From assembly GCA_036274155.1 (NCBI GenBank), contig DASUGH010000043.1, positions 11,165 to 75,164 on the forward strand: 64,000 bases of DNA, read 5' to 3'. The notes beneath the pieces are model-generated. The model searched no databases. It had not been told where the DNA came from and was given only the letters and a program-made list of their open reading frames with translations. Source of the DNA: Vicinamibacterales bacterium. GTDB taxonomy: Bacteria > Acidobacteriota > Vicinamibacteria > Vicinamibacterales > UBA2999. Of the stretch, positions 51,030 to 61,021 are shown in pieces. The first letter of the stretch is position 1. Every line of letters starts with the position of its first letter. Position numbers and translations under genes: made by a program.

Positions 51030-51347
51030 CTACCAGCGCGGTTCGCGCTTCCGGTCGCCCCCGCGGCCGCCGCCACCTCCGCCGCCGAAACTGCGAGCCG
51101 GCTGCGGCCGGGCTTCATTCACCGTCAGATTCCGGCCGCCAAACGGACGGTCGTGCAGCTTGTCGATCGCGTTCTGCGCATCCGCCTCGGTGGCCATCTC
51201 CACGAACGCAAACCCGCGCGCGCGTCCTGTCTCCCGGTCGCGCATGACGCTGATCGACGCGACGGAGCCCACCTCGCCGAAAAGCCCCTGGAGATCGTCC
51301 TCGGTGGCCTCATAAGGAAGATTGCCAACGTAGAGCTTTCGATTCAT
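51030..51347 (-). CDS. RRM-domain RNA-binding protein with Gly-rich tail
   Basis: RNP2 LYVGNL, RNP1 RGFAFVEM, LTVNEARP, GGGGGGG; start at MNRK. Confidence 0.94.
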   Translation of the reverse strand: MNRKLYVGNLPYEATEDDLQGLFGEVGSVASISVMRDRETGRARGFAFVEMATEADAQNAIDKLHDRPFGGRNLTVNEARPQPARSFGGGGGGGRGGDRKREPRW

Positions 51348-51510
51348 CTCTCGACTCCTGCCGCACCCCTCGAAGGGTGGCAAAGGAAACCGGCCCGAGC
51401 CGGATTGCTCGGCCCGACGCGCAGGAGAATCGAGGCTGTCGAATCTGATGCGTAGCAGGGAGGGCTCAGCTTCCGGAAGGTGTGCGAGTGTAACACACAC
51501 GGCCAAATGG

Positions 51511-53034
51511 TCATCGCGACTTCAGAAACTGCCGGACCACCTCGGCGGCGTCGCGATGGTCGACATCCACGGCGCGATTCATCGTGCGCATCTCAGCGGC
51601 GCTCACCTGTCCTCCGAGCGCCTCGAGCGCCTGTCGCACTTCTGGACGCCGCAGCAGCGTCGCCGTGCGCGCCACCGCAACCGCATCGTAGGGCGGGAAG
51701 TAGCCGCGATCGTCGGCCAGCACGGCCAGATCGAGCGCGGCGATCATCGCGCTGGTCGCATCGCCGGCGACGACGTCGACCTCGCCTGATGCCAGCGCAC
51801 GGTACATGAGCGCAAGATCCATCACCCGCGGGTCGCGGGCGAAGCTGAGCCCATAGGCGGCCGCCAGACCGCGATACCCGTCCTGCCGTTCCACGAACTC
51901 GAACCCGAACCCGGGCTGCCACCGCTGCTGCACCTGCTTCAGATCGCCGATGCTCCTCAGGCCGAGCGACTCGGCATCGGCGCGCCGCACCAGAATCGCG
52001 AACGTGTTGTCAAAGCCGAGCGGCTCGAGGACGGTCACACCGCCTTCGGCGTAACGCCGTCGAGTTCGCTCGAGCACACTGCCGCGGTCGTGTCCGACCG
52101 TCTCGTGAAAGACCGCGGTAAGGGCAGTGCCGGTGTACTCGGGATACACGTCGATGTCGCCTGAGCGGAGGGCGCGATCGCAGATGAACGTCCCGCCGAG
52201 ATTCAGCCGTCGCGTGACCACGATGCCTCTGGCTTCGAGACTCTGTGCGAACAGCTCGCCGAGAATGATCTGTTCGGTGAAGTTCTTCGATCCGACGACG
52301 ATCGCGTCCGGCGCCGAGCGCATCGACAGGCCGCCGAACGCGACCGCGATCACGGTGAGTGCAGAGGCGGTGACCAGCACTCGGCGCCGCGAGGCGCGGT
52401 GACGCGAGGGGCGCAGCGTACGCTCGACCCACGTGAGCAGCAGGTCGGCCGCCACGGCGAGAAGCGCCGCCGGGACCGCTCCGGCCAGGATGACCGTGGA
52501 GTCGACCATCGACAGCCCTCGAAAGATGTACTCCCCGAGCCCGCCGGCGCCGATCGCCGCGGCGATCGTCGCCGTGCCGACGCCCACCACGGTGGCGACC
52601 CTGATGCCAGCGAGGATTGACGGCAGCGCCAGCGGCAATTCGACGAGCCACAACAGCTGACGGTTCGTCATGCCCATCGCAGTCGCGGCGGTCACGACGC
52701 CCGCATCCACAGTGGTGATGCCGGCAATCGTTCCCCGGACAATGGGCAGCAGTGCGTACAGGATGAGCGCCAGGATCGCCACTCGTGAGCCGATGCCGCC
52801 GATGAACGGGAGCGGCAGCAGAAACCCGAGCAGCGCCAGGCTTGGAACCGTCTGCGCCACGTTCGCGAAGGCGACGAGCGGTTTTCCGATTCGCGGCCGG
52901 TGCGCGGCGAGGATGCCGATTGGCACGCCGAGCGCGATTGCCGCGCCGCTCGAAAGGACGACGAGCACGACGTGCCGTTCGATCATGGCCCACAGTTCGG
53001 ACGCGTGCGCCTGCCAGAAGCGGAGCAAGGTCAT
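51511..53034 (-). CDS. Osmoprotectant (glycine betaine/choline) ABC transporter, permease fused to substrate-binding domain
   Basis: QTVPSLALLG, ATAMGM, IGAGGLG, VGSKNFTEQ, YPEYTGT, FPPYDA. Confidence 0.93.
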   Translation of the reverse strand: MTLLRFWQAHASELWAMIERHVVLVVLSSGAAIALGVPIGILAAHRPRIGKPLVAFANVAQTVPSLALLGFLLPLPFIGGIGSRVAILALILYALLPIVRGTIAGITTVDAGVVTAATAMGMTNRQLLWLVELPLALPSILAGIRVATVVGVGTATIAAAIGAGGLGEYIFRGLSMVDSTVILAGAVPAALLAVAADLLLTWVERTLRPSRHRASRRRVLVTASALTVIAVAFGGLSMRSAPDAIVVGSKNFTEQIILGELFAQSLEARGIVVTRRLNLGGTFICDRALRSGDIDVYPEYTGTALTAVFHETVGHDRGSVLERTRRRYAEGGVTVLEPLGFDNTFAILVRRADAESLGLRSIGDLKQVQQRWQPGFGFEFVERQDGYRGLAAAYGLSFARDPRVMDLALMYRALASGEVDVVAGDATSAMIAALDLAVLADDRGYFPPYDAVAVARTATLLRRPEVRQALEALGGQVSAAEMRTMNRAVDVDHRDAAEVVRQFLKSR

Positions 53035-53036
53035 CG

Positions 53037-53780
53037 TCAGCCTGCGGTCGTTGGCGTGCGGACGGGCTCGAGGAACCGGCGCACGCGCGCGTCGGTCGCG
53101 CGCAGGACGGCCGCCGGCGTATCGCAGATGATCAGTGCGCCATCGTCCAGTATGCCGACGCGCGTGCCGAGGGCTGTGGCTTCGGCGATGTCGTGGGTGA
53201 CGAGAAGAACGGTTTGACGAAGCTCCTGCTGGATCCGCGAGAAGGCCCGCTGCAGCTCACGTCTGGTCACCGGATCCAGGGCGCCGAACGGCTCGTCCAT
53301 CAACAGCACGGGCGGGTTGATCGCCAGCGCCCGTGCCACGCCGACTCGCTGCTGCTGCCCGCCCGAAAGTTCGCTCGGCCAGCGGTGCGCGTAGTCGTCC
53401 GGTGCGAGACCGACGAGCTGGAGCAACTCGCGGGCACGTGCCTCGCGGCGCGGCACGGCCCACCCTTCGAGTCGCGGCACGAGGCCGATGTTCTCCTGGA
53501 CCGTCAAGTGCGGAAAGAGCCCGATGCTCTGGAGCACGTATCCCGTACGGCGTCGAAGCTGAATCGGGTCCCATTCCCGCGTGTCGCGCCCATCCACCAG
53601 CACCGAGCCCTGCTGCGGGATGAGCATGCGGTTCACGAGCTTGAGCAGCGTGCTCTTCCCGGCCCCGCTTCGTCCCACCAGAGCCAGGGCTTCGCCCCGT
53701 CCGACTGACAGAGTGAGATCGGCGAGTGCCCGGCGGTCGCCGTAGGCGCAGGTCACACCCCGAAATTCGACCAGACTCAT
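53037..53780 (-). CDS. Osmoprotectant ABC transporter ATP-binding subunit
   Basis: GRSGAGKST, LSGGQQQRVGVARAL, LMDEPFGALDP, VTHD. Confidence 0.93.
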   Translation of the reverse strand: MSLVEFRGVTCAYGDRRALADLTLSVGRGEALALVGRSGAGKSTLLKLVNRMLIPQQGSVLVDGRDTREWDPIQLRRRTGYVLQSIGLFPHLTVQENIGLVPRLEGWAVPRREARARELLQLVGLAPDDYAHRWPSELSGGQQQRVGVARALAINPPVLLMDEPFGALDPVTRRELQRAFSRIQQELRQTVLLVTHDIAEATALGTRVGILDDGALIICDTPAAVLRATDARVRRFLEPVRTPTTAG

Positions 53781-54074
53781 GCGCTCGGCCTGCAGCCTGT
53801 TGAGGTGCACCAGGTGATTGCGCGCCGGCCGGTCGTCATTCGTGGATTGTGCATTGGCCCGAACGCAATGCCAAGCCGCGGACGATCGGACGTCACATCG
53901 TTTTTGCCGGGGACCCGCGACAGTTCATCCGCTGCGGAGTATCCTGTCCATCGGGATGTGTCCCTCACGTCCCTGAAGAGTCGGGTGATGCTCGTCCGGC
54001 GGCGAACGTCTCCGCGTGCCACCTCGTCCGTCGGGCCCCGGTTGCGCCAGCCAAGGCGGGGGTAGGTCCGCCAT

Positions 54075-55361
54075 ATGCACGGAGCTGACAACACGTCGAT
54101 GCACCCACGGCTGTCCCGCGAAACGCGCCGGCTGTTGACCGCTGCTACGGTCGCGCTGGTCGCGCTGTGGGTGCTGGCACGAGTCCGGTTCCCCGATCGT
54201 CCGGTCACGCCCAATCCGATATCGCCGCTCCTCACACAGCTCGCCGCGCGGCCGGCATTCAACGATCTCGCCGCCGAGATCGGACAGCTGCGGACGTTGA
54301 TTGCACCGTCGGTGGTGATGCTTCCGGAAACCGATACCGAGAATGCCACCGGCCGGCCCCGCGTCGGCGTGCGACTCAGCGCCGATGCCGCCGTCACGTA
54401 TCTCCAGCCGGGGGAACGTCGCGGCGATCCGATCGGGCTCGATCTCGTGGCGCTCGACAGGGTGACCGGGCTTGCGGTCGTGCGTGTCATGAGCGCGCGG
54501 CAGGATCAGGCGCCGGTGCCATGGTCTCCCGTCCGTACCGACACGCCGAAATATCTTGCCGCTACCGAGCCCTGGCACGACGGCGTCTCGCTGAGTCCGC
54601 TGTTCGTGAGCCGGTTTCCCCCGATTACAGCCTCCGGATGGTCCGGACCAATCTGGCAGCTGCCATCGGCCGTCGAATTCCCCAGCGGGACATTCCTGTT
54701 CACGCCGGACGGCGAGCTCGCCGGACTGATCGTCCGTGAAACCGGCGCTGCTGGAATCGTCCCGGGCGAGATGATCCTGGCGGACGCCGAACGGCTCGTC
54801 GCGCAGCGCAACGTCGTTCCCGGTGAGCTCGGCGTCTCGGTGCGATCGCTCACGCCCGCTCTCGCCGCGGCCACCGGTGCCGAGGCCGGAGTCGTCGTCG
54901 CCTGGGTCAACGCGCGCAGCAGCGCCGCGGCTCACCTCGCCGTCGGTGACGTGATCGAAGGCTTCAACGATTCGCCGGTGAAGACGCTGAGAGACTGGGA
55001 AGTGCGAAGCGGCCGTCTCGCCGTCGGCGATGTCGTCGAGCTCTCGGTGCGGCGGATGGGAGAGGTCCGCCGCGTCAAGCTGACGGCGGCGGCACCGCCG
55101 GTGTCGGAGCAACGGGCGCTTGGGCTCACGCTGCGATGGGTGCCAGGCGTCGGCTCGGAAGTGGTGCGTGTGGAAAACTCATCGGCGGCTGCAGTGGCCG
55201 GGGTGGCGAGGGGCGACTTCATCACCTCGATCGGTTCGTCGAAGACACCGACGCCGGCAACCGTCCGCGAGGTGTTCGACGAGGCGCGTGAGGGGCAGCC
55301 GATTGTGCTCGGACTCAGCCGGGGCGACGCTCACGACGTGGTGGCGCTGACCAAACGATGA
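54075..55361 (+). CDS. Membrane-anchored PDZ protein with degenerate HtrA-like protease domain; alternative start at 54099
   Basis: N-terminal TM; DRVTGLAVV and GTFLFTPDGELAGL resemble HtrA segments; two PDZ-like repeats (SSAAAHLAVGDVI, SAAAVAGVARGDFI). Confidence 0.7.
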   Translation: MHGADNTSMHPRLSRETRRLLTAATVALVALWVLARVRFPDRPVTPNPISPLLTQLAARPAFNDLAAEIGQLRTLIAPSVVMLPETDTENATGRPRVGVRLSADAAVTYLQPGERRGDPIGLDLVALDRVTGLAVVRVMSARQDQAPVPWSPVRTDTPKYLAATEPWHDGVSLSPLFVSRFPPITASGWSGPIWQLPSAVEFPSGTFLFTPDGELAGLIVRETGAAGIVPGEMILADAERLVAQRNVVPGELGVSVRSLTPALAAATGAEAGVVVAWVNARSSAAAHLAVGDVIEGFNDSPVKTLRDWEVRSGRLAVGDVVELSVRRMGEVRRVKLTAAAPPVSEQRALGLTLRWVPGVGSEVVRVENSSAAAVAGVARGDFITSIGSSKTPTPATVREVFDEAREGQPIVLGLSRGDAHDVVALTKR

Positions 55362-56530
55362 CCGCCTCCGTCACCGAAAAGGACACTGCATCCGCCAGCG
55401 ATCGCCTTGGCCTCGAGCTGGGGCGGTCAGGCCCGCACACGGCCCGGGCGCGGGCCGTCCCGTGGCACGTTCGGCTCGGTCTCAGCTGGTCGTCCGGGTC
55501 GCCACCTGTCGTCCTGCTGCTCCTCATCGGCATGGCGCTCGGTCCGCAGGCGCTCGCAATCCTGTCGCCGGCCGTGCTCTCGGCTATCGACCCGGCGCTT
55601 CCTGTTGCGCTCGCGACACTCGGCGTGCAGGTCGCTCTGGAGCTCCCCTTGCGGCGTTCGGCGCTCGATCCGCGTCTGGCACGCGCGGCGTGCGTAGAGG
55701 CGGTGTTCACCGGCGTCACGGTCACGGGTGGAGCGCTGCTCGTCCTCGCGCCGGACGTCGCGCTTCCCGGCGCGGACGTGTGGCTCATCGCGATCGCCGC
55801 AGGCATCTGCGCCGCGATGTCCGCCGGCCTGCCGTCCGACACCGCCGGGGTGACCGCCGCGGCCGCCGGAGTGCGGCAACTCGACGTCGTCCTGCCGGCG
55901 TTCGCGGGTGGAATCATGCTGGCCTGGGTTCGAGAGCAGGCGATTGGTCCAGCGCTGTTGCTCGCGGCGCAGGCCGTTCTCCTCGCGCTCGTGATCGGCG
56001 TCTCGGCATGGCTGCTCCTCGTGCGAACATCTTCGGAGACCGAGCAGCGCATCTTCGGCGCCTCCGCGCTGCTCCTGCTCGGCGGCCTCGCCGACTATCT
56101 CTCACTGTCGGCATTGCTGAGCGGCCTCGTGGCGGGCACGTTCTGGCGGCTGATCGGAGGTCAGGCGGCTGACGCGATCAGGCGCGACAGCGGGCACGTT
56201 CAGCACCCGCTGCTCGTGTTCCTGCTGGTCGTCGCGGGTGCACGCAGCGCAGTGTCGACTCCCGTCCTGGGCCTCATCGCCGCGTATCCGATCCTGCGTA
56301 CGCTCGGCAAGCTCGCGGGCGCCTGGCTGGCCCGTCGAGTGACGAAGCCAGCGCTCCCGGACGATCTGGGTCTGGCACTCGTCGCGCCCGGCGTCTTCGG
56401 CATCGCGTTCAGCGTGAACGTCGTTCGCGCCGCAGGCCCCGTGTCCGATCCGCTCCTGGCTGCCGTCGTGATCGGCAGCATCGTGTCGCAGCTCATTCCG
56501 TTCCGGCGGCCGCAGGAGCCTGGCCCGTGA
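55358..56530 (+). CDS. Cation/proton antiporter (CPA)-like polytopic membrane protein
   Basis: LLLIGMALGP, LSALLSGLVAG, RTLGKLAG, about 11-12 hydrophobic segments; ATGA overlap with the upstream gene. Confidence 0.7.
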   Translation: MTASVTEKDTASASDRLGLELGRSGPHTARARAVPWHVRLGLSWSSGSPPVVLLLLIGMALGPQALAILSPAVLSAIDPALPVALATLGVQVALELPLRRSALDPRLARAACVEAVFTGVTVTGGALLVLAPDVALPGADVWLIAIAAGICAAMSAGLPSDTAGVTAAAAGVRQLDVVLPAFAGGIMLAWVREQAIGPALLLAAQAVLLALVIGVSAWLLLVRTSSETEQRIFGASALLLLGGLADYLSLSALLSGLVAGTFWRLIGGQAADAIRRDSGHVQHPLLVFLLVVAGARSAVSTPVLGLIAAYPILRTLGKLAGAWLARRVTKPALPDDLGLALVAPGVFGIAFSVNVVRAAGPVSDPLLAAVVIGSIVSQLIPFRRPQEPGP

Positions 56531-59289
56531 GGCGGCTCGCCGCACTGCTGCTCGCCGTCATCGCGATTCTGTGGGCACAAGGCCTCGGTTCGACGACGAG
56601 CGCCGGATCGGCTGGCACAGCGCTGGCAATCGGCTTCACACTGCTCGGCGCCTGGGTCGCTGGCGACGTGTTGCGCCGCCTGCAGCTTCCCCGTCTGACC
56701 GGCTACCTGCTCTTTGGCGTGCTCGTCGGCCCGTATCTCGGCAACGTGATCACCGAGTCGATGGCAGGGCAGCTCCAGGTCATTACGGGAATCGCCACGA
56801 CGCTCATTGCCCTGATCGCGGGGTTGACGCTCAACATCGAGCGGCTCGGCCGGCAGCTGAAGGCGATCGCCCGGTTGACGGCAATCATCCTTGGCGTCTC
56901 GATGTTCGGCCTCGGTGTGCTCGCCTGGATTCTCTGGCCGTGGCTTCCACTGGCTCCCGAGGCGACCGGCTGGGAGCGTCTCGTCATCGTCGTCCTGCTC
57001 GCGGTCATCGCCGTGAGCTTCTCGCCGACGATGGCCGCAGCCGTGACGACCGAGACCAGTGCGCGAGGCCGCCTCAGCGAGCTCGTGCTGCCGGTGGTCG
57101 TCCTGGCGGATCTGGCGTTGCTCTTCCTCTTCTCGCTGGCGATGCAGTTCAGCAGGGCCGTTCTGAGCAGCGGTCCCGACGAGGGCGTCGGAACCCTGGT
57201 GCGCTTCGCGTGGGAGATTGGCGGAGCCGTGGCATTCGGCAGCCTCGTCGGCGCCCTCTTTGCTCTGTATCTGCGATACATCGGACGTGAAGTCACCGTC
57301 GCGATCATCGCCGTGTGCGCCATCCTCAGCCAGGTGGGGACGACGCAGGAGTTCGAGCCGTTGCTGGCGGCCGTGGCCGCCGGGCTCGTCATCGAAAATC
57401 TTTCGATCTCACAGGGAGACGCCCTCAAGACCGCGGTCCAGCGTGGCGCAACACCGGTCCTCGTCATCTTCTTCGTCGCCGTCGGCACGTCCCTTCGTCT
57501 CGACGCGCTGGAAGTCGTCGGCTTCGCAGCCCTCGTCTTGTCGGCGATTCGTCTGGCACTCATCCGGCTGGGGATCGCCCTCGGGATTCGCGTCTCCGGC
57601 CTCGAACCGGATGCCGGACGATATTTGTGGACGGGATTGATCTCGCAGGCCGGGATCACGCTGGGCTTCGCGTCGGTTGTCGCCGCAGAGTTCGTCACCT
57701 GGGGTCCACGGTTTCAGACACTGCTCGTCGCGTTGATCGCCATTCACGAGATGACGGGGCCACTGCTTTTCCGCTATGGCCTGGCGCGCAGCGGTGAGCT
57801 CGACCCAAAGGTACCCCGGCCGCTCGTCGTGGTCTCGAATCGCGAGCCGTACCTGCATACACGCCGCCCGACCGGGCAGATCGTGGCGTCGCCGGCGCCC
57901 GGCGGGGTGGCTGTCGCGCTCGACGCGCTGATGCGGGAACGTGGCGGCGTATGGGTGGCGCACGGCGCCGGTCCGGCGGATCGTCTTGTCGTGGACGCCG
58001 GCGACAAGGTCAGGGTTCCACCCGAACATCCGTCATACGAGTTGCGCCGGCTCTGGCTCGAAGAGCCAACCTTCTCAGCGTATTACAACGGTTTTGCCAA
58101 CGAAGGCTTGTGGCCGCTATGCCATCTGGTCGACATTCGTCCGCAATTCCGGGCTGAGGACTGGGCCGCCTACAAGGAGATCAACGATCGCTTCGCCGCG
58201 GCCGTCGATGAGGAGATCGGCACCTCGAACCCGGCCGTCTTCATTCAGGATTATCACCTGGCGCTCGTAGCGCCGGCGCTCCGCAGCCGGCGCCCTGCTG
58301 CACGCACCGCCCTCTTCTGGCACATTCCGTGGCCATACCCTGATCGCCTCCGCATCTGCCCGTGGTCGCGCGAGCTTCTCGCCGGTCTGCTCTCGAACGA
58401 CCTGCTGGCGTTTCAGCTCGAGCGCGATCGCCGTCACTTTCTCCTGGCGGTGGAGGACGAGCTCGGCGCCGAGGTCGAGCCGGAGTCGTCCCGCGTGCGA
58501 TTTGGCGATCGCTACAGCACGGTCATTTCCGTTCCGATTGGCGTGGACTACGATCGGATCCAGGCCATTGCCGCCGATCCGGCACTGGCTGTCGAACAGG
58601 ATCGGCTGCGGCAGCTGTTCGATCTGCGCGCCGACATCGTTGGGATTGGCGTCGACCGTCTGGATTACACGAAGGGCATACCCGAGCGCCTGGCCGCGCT
58701 CGACGAGGTGCTTCGCCGCCGTCCGCAGCTGCGCGGGCACATTACGTTCGTGCAGATTGGCGTGCCGTCGCGCTCGTCGCTCGGCAGCTACTCCGCCATC
58801 GAATCGGAGATCGATCAGCGCATCGCCGAGCTCAACGCGCGCCACTCGGCGGGCCCGGGCTCACCGCCCGTCGTGCGATATCACAAGGTGCCGCTGACGA
58901 TTGGCAGCCTCGTGGCGCTCTACCGGATGGCCGACTTCTGCATCGTCAGCTCGCTGCACGACGGGATGAATCTGGTTGCCAAGGAATTCGTGGCCGCACG
59001 AGACGACGAGGACGGAGTGCTGGTCCTCAGCGCGCTGGCCGGTGCGGCGCAGGAGCTGACCGAAGCGCTCATCATCAACCCTTACGACGTCGAAGGCTTT
59101 GCCGACGCACTCATGGCCGCGATCGACATGGCGCCCGAGGGGCGGCGGGCGCGCATGCGTGCGATGCGGCGCGTGGTCGCCGGACGTAACGTCTTCGGCT
59201 GGGCGTCTGACATCCTGGAAGGCCTCGAGAGCCTCTGGACGAAGCCGCTGCACTACTCGGTCCGCCACTGGGAGGAAATGTCGGTGTGA
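56527..59289 (+). CDS. otsA: Fusion of a CPA-like transporter domain (aa ~1-425) and trehalose-6-phosphate synthase (GT20)
   Basis: N-terminal [23 protein letters not shown]; C-terminal [54 protein letters not shown]. Confidence 0.9.
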   Translation: MRRLAALLLAVIAILWAQGLGSTTSAGSAGTALAIGFTLLGAWVAGDVLRRLQLPRLTGYLLFGVLVGPYLGNVITESMAGQLQVITGIATTLIALIAGLTLNIERLGRQLKAIARLTAIILGVSMFGLGVLAWILWPWLPLAPEATGWERLVIVVLLAVIAVSFSPTMAAAVTTETSARGRLSELVLPVVVLADLALLFLFSLAMQFSRAVLSSGPDEGVGTLVRFAWEIGGAVAFGSLVGALFALYLRYIGREVTVAIIAVCAILSQVGTTQEFEPLLAAVAAGLVIENLSISQGDALKTAVQRGATPVLVIFFVAVGTSLRLDALEVVGFAALVLSAIRLALIRLGIALGIRVSGLEPDAGRYLWTGLISQAGITLGFASVVAAEFVTWGPRFQTLLVALIAIHEMTGPLLFRYGLARSGELDPKVPRPLVVVSNREPYLHTRRPTGQIVASPAPGGVAVALDALMRERGGVWVAHGAGPADRLVVDAGDKVRVPPEHPSYELRRLWLEEPTFSAYYNGFANEGLWPLCHLVDIRPQFRAEDWAAYKEINDRFAAAVDEEIGTSNPAVFIQDYHLALVAPALRSRRPAARTALFWHIPWPYPDRLRICPWSRELLAGLLSNDLLAFQLERDRRHFLLAVEDELGAEVEPESSRVRFGDRYSTVISVPIGVDYDRIQAIAADPALAVEQDRLRQLFDLRADIVGIGVDRLDYTKGIPERLAALDEVLRRRPQLRGHITFVQIGVPSRSSLGSYSAIESEIDQRIAELNARHSAGPGSPPVVRYHKVPLTIGSLVALYRMADFCIVSSLHDGMNLVAKEFVAARDDEDGVLVLSALAGAAQELTEALIINPYDVEGFADALMAAIDMAPEGRRARMRAMRRVVAGRNVFGWASDILEGLESLWTKPLHYSVRHWEEMSV

Positions 59290-60092
59290 CGCGTACGCGG
59301 AATATTCTGGCCAACCGAAACCTGTCGGTTCTTTCTACATTTGCTGCTTCGAACGTGCTGCTGGCGTTCGATTACGACGGAACTCTGGCGCCGATCGCGG
59401 CGGCGCCGCGGCTGGCGCGCATGCGGGCCCACACACGGCGGCTCCTCGTGCGCGTCTCGCGGGTCTATCCGTGCGTCGTCATCTCCGGACGCACGCTGTC
59501 CGACATTTCACGGAGGGTGAAGCGCATTCCCCTCTGCTATGTCTTCGGGAATCACGGGCTCGAACCGCTCGACGAGAAGGGACCGTCGGCGCCAGCCACA
59601 GCCGAATGGCTGCGCCGGCTGCGCGAACAGCTTCCCGATCACCCGGGCGTGGTCATCGAAGACAAGAAACACACCGTGACCATTCACTACCGGGCGGCCC
59701 GTGATCGCGGCCGCGCGATCGAAGCCATCGGCGAGGTCGTCGACAAATTGCCGGGAGCGAGGGTCGTCGGCGGCGTGGAAGCGGTGAACCTCCTGCCCCG
59801 CCACGGCCCGCACAAGGGCGCTGCGCTGCAGCGCGCCTTACGGCTGTTCGGTTGCACGACCGCGATTTATGTGGGTGACGATGCGACCGACGAGGACGCG
59901 TTCGGCGCCGTCGCCGCCGATCGAATCCTCGGCATCCGGATCGGCTCCGCCCAGGCGTCCCAGGCGCGTTACCATCTCGCAGCGCAGGACGACATCGACA
60001 CGTTCCTCAGGACGCTGCTCACGCTGAGGCCGTCGCGGCGCCTCGATCTCAAAGGCGGATGTGCGGCGAGCGCCGACCGCGCCCGGCCATAG
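59286..60092 (+). CDS. otsB: Trehalose-6-phosphate phosphatase (HAD)
   Basis: FDYDGTLAPI, ISGR, GNHGLE, IHYR, YVGDDATDEDAF. Confidence 0.93.
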   Translation: MTRTRNILANRNLSVLSTFAASNVLLAFDYDGTLAPIAAAPRLARMRAHTRRLLVRVSRVYPCVVISGRTLSDISRRVKRIPLCYVFGNHGLEPLDEKGPSAPATAEWLRRLREQLPDHPGVVIEDKKHTVTIHYRAARDRGRAIEAIGEVVDKLPGARVVGGVEAVNLLPRHGPHKGAALQRALRLFGCTTAIYVGDDATDEDAFGAVAADRILGIRIGSAQASQARYHLAAQDDIDTFLRTLLTLRPSRRLDLKGGCAASADRARP

Positions 60093-60101
60093 ACCGGACG
60101 C

Positions 60102-60938
60102 TCATTTCGGCACGGTAGCGGACGCCGCCGACACACTGCTTGACGAACCGTTCGGCAGGGCGTGAACGTCGGCGTCCGCTCCCCAGAGCTGTCGGATTCG
60201 TGCTATCGCCTCGCCCGAACCGCTCGTCCAGAAGGTTTCGCGGCCAGTCCGTTCGCCTTCGGCCAGCAGGCCTGCGCTCTCGAGACGCCGTTTCAACTCG
60301 CGGGCAACCGGCGCCGCCGGATCGATGAGGGTGACGTTCGGGCCGGCGATGTCCTGGATGAGCGGCCTGAGGAAGGCGTAGTGCGTGCAGCCGAGGACGA
60401 GCGTGTCCGCACCTTTGGCCAGCAGCGGCTGCACGTAACCTTCCAGCAACGTTCGCGTCTTCGTCGCCTGCAGCTCGCCCTGCTCGACCTGATCGACCAG
60501 GCCGGGGCACGGCTGGATCAGGACCTGGGCCCGCGCCCCGTGCTCGTCGACCAACTTCAGGAAGTTGGCGCTCGAGAGCGTCTGCGTCGTGGCAAGCACG
60601 CCGACGATCCCGCTGCGGGTGGTCGTGGCGGCCGGCTTCACTGCCGGCTCCATCGCCACGATCGGGAAGGTGAACCGACTGCGCAGCGTCCTCACCGCAA
60701 CCCCCGTCGCCGTGTTGCACGCCACGACCAGCGCTTTCACCCCGTGGTCGCACAGGAACTCGACAATGGCAATCGATCGCCGCTCGATGAAGTCGCGCGG
60801 TCGATCGCCGTACGGCGCGTTGCCCGAGTCGGCGACGTAGATCACGTCCTCCGACGGCAGCGCCTGCCGGATGGCGCGAAGGACCGACAGGCCGCCCACG
60901 CCGGAATCGAATACGCCAATCGGGCGAGGGCTGCTCAC
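60102..60938 (-). CDS. murI: Glutamate racemase
   Basis: FDSGVGGLSV, PYG, VACNTA, VLAT, LGCTHY. Confidence 0.96.
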   Translation of the reverse strand: MSSPRPIGVFDSGVGGLSVLRAIRQALPSEDVIYVADSGNAPYGDRPRDFIERRSIAIVEFLCDHGVKALVVACNTATGVAVRTLRSRFTFPIVAMEPAVKPAATTTRSGIVGVLATTQTLSSANFLKLVDEHGARAQVLIQPCPGLVDQVEQGELQATKTRTLLEGYVQPLLAKGADTLVLGCTHYAFLRPLIQDIAGPNVTLIDPAAPVARELKRRLESAGLLAEGERTGRETFWTSGSGEAIARIRQLWGADADVHALPNGSSSSVSAASATVPK

Positions 60939-61021
60939 AGGCCGGCCTCCAGAGCCACGGGTTTCAGCCGAGCGATCAACTGTCCTAGGGTTTCGGCGCA
61001 GCGGTTCGAATGCAACACGGG

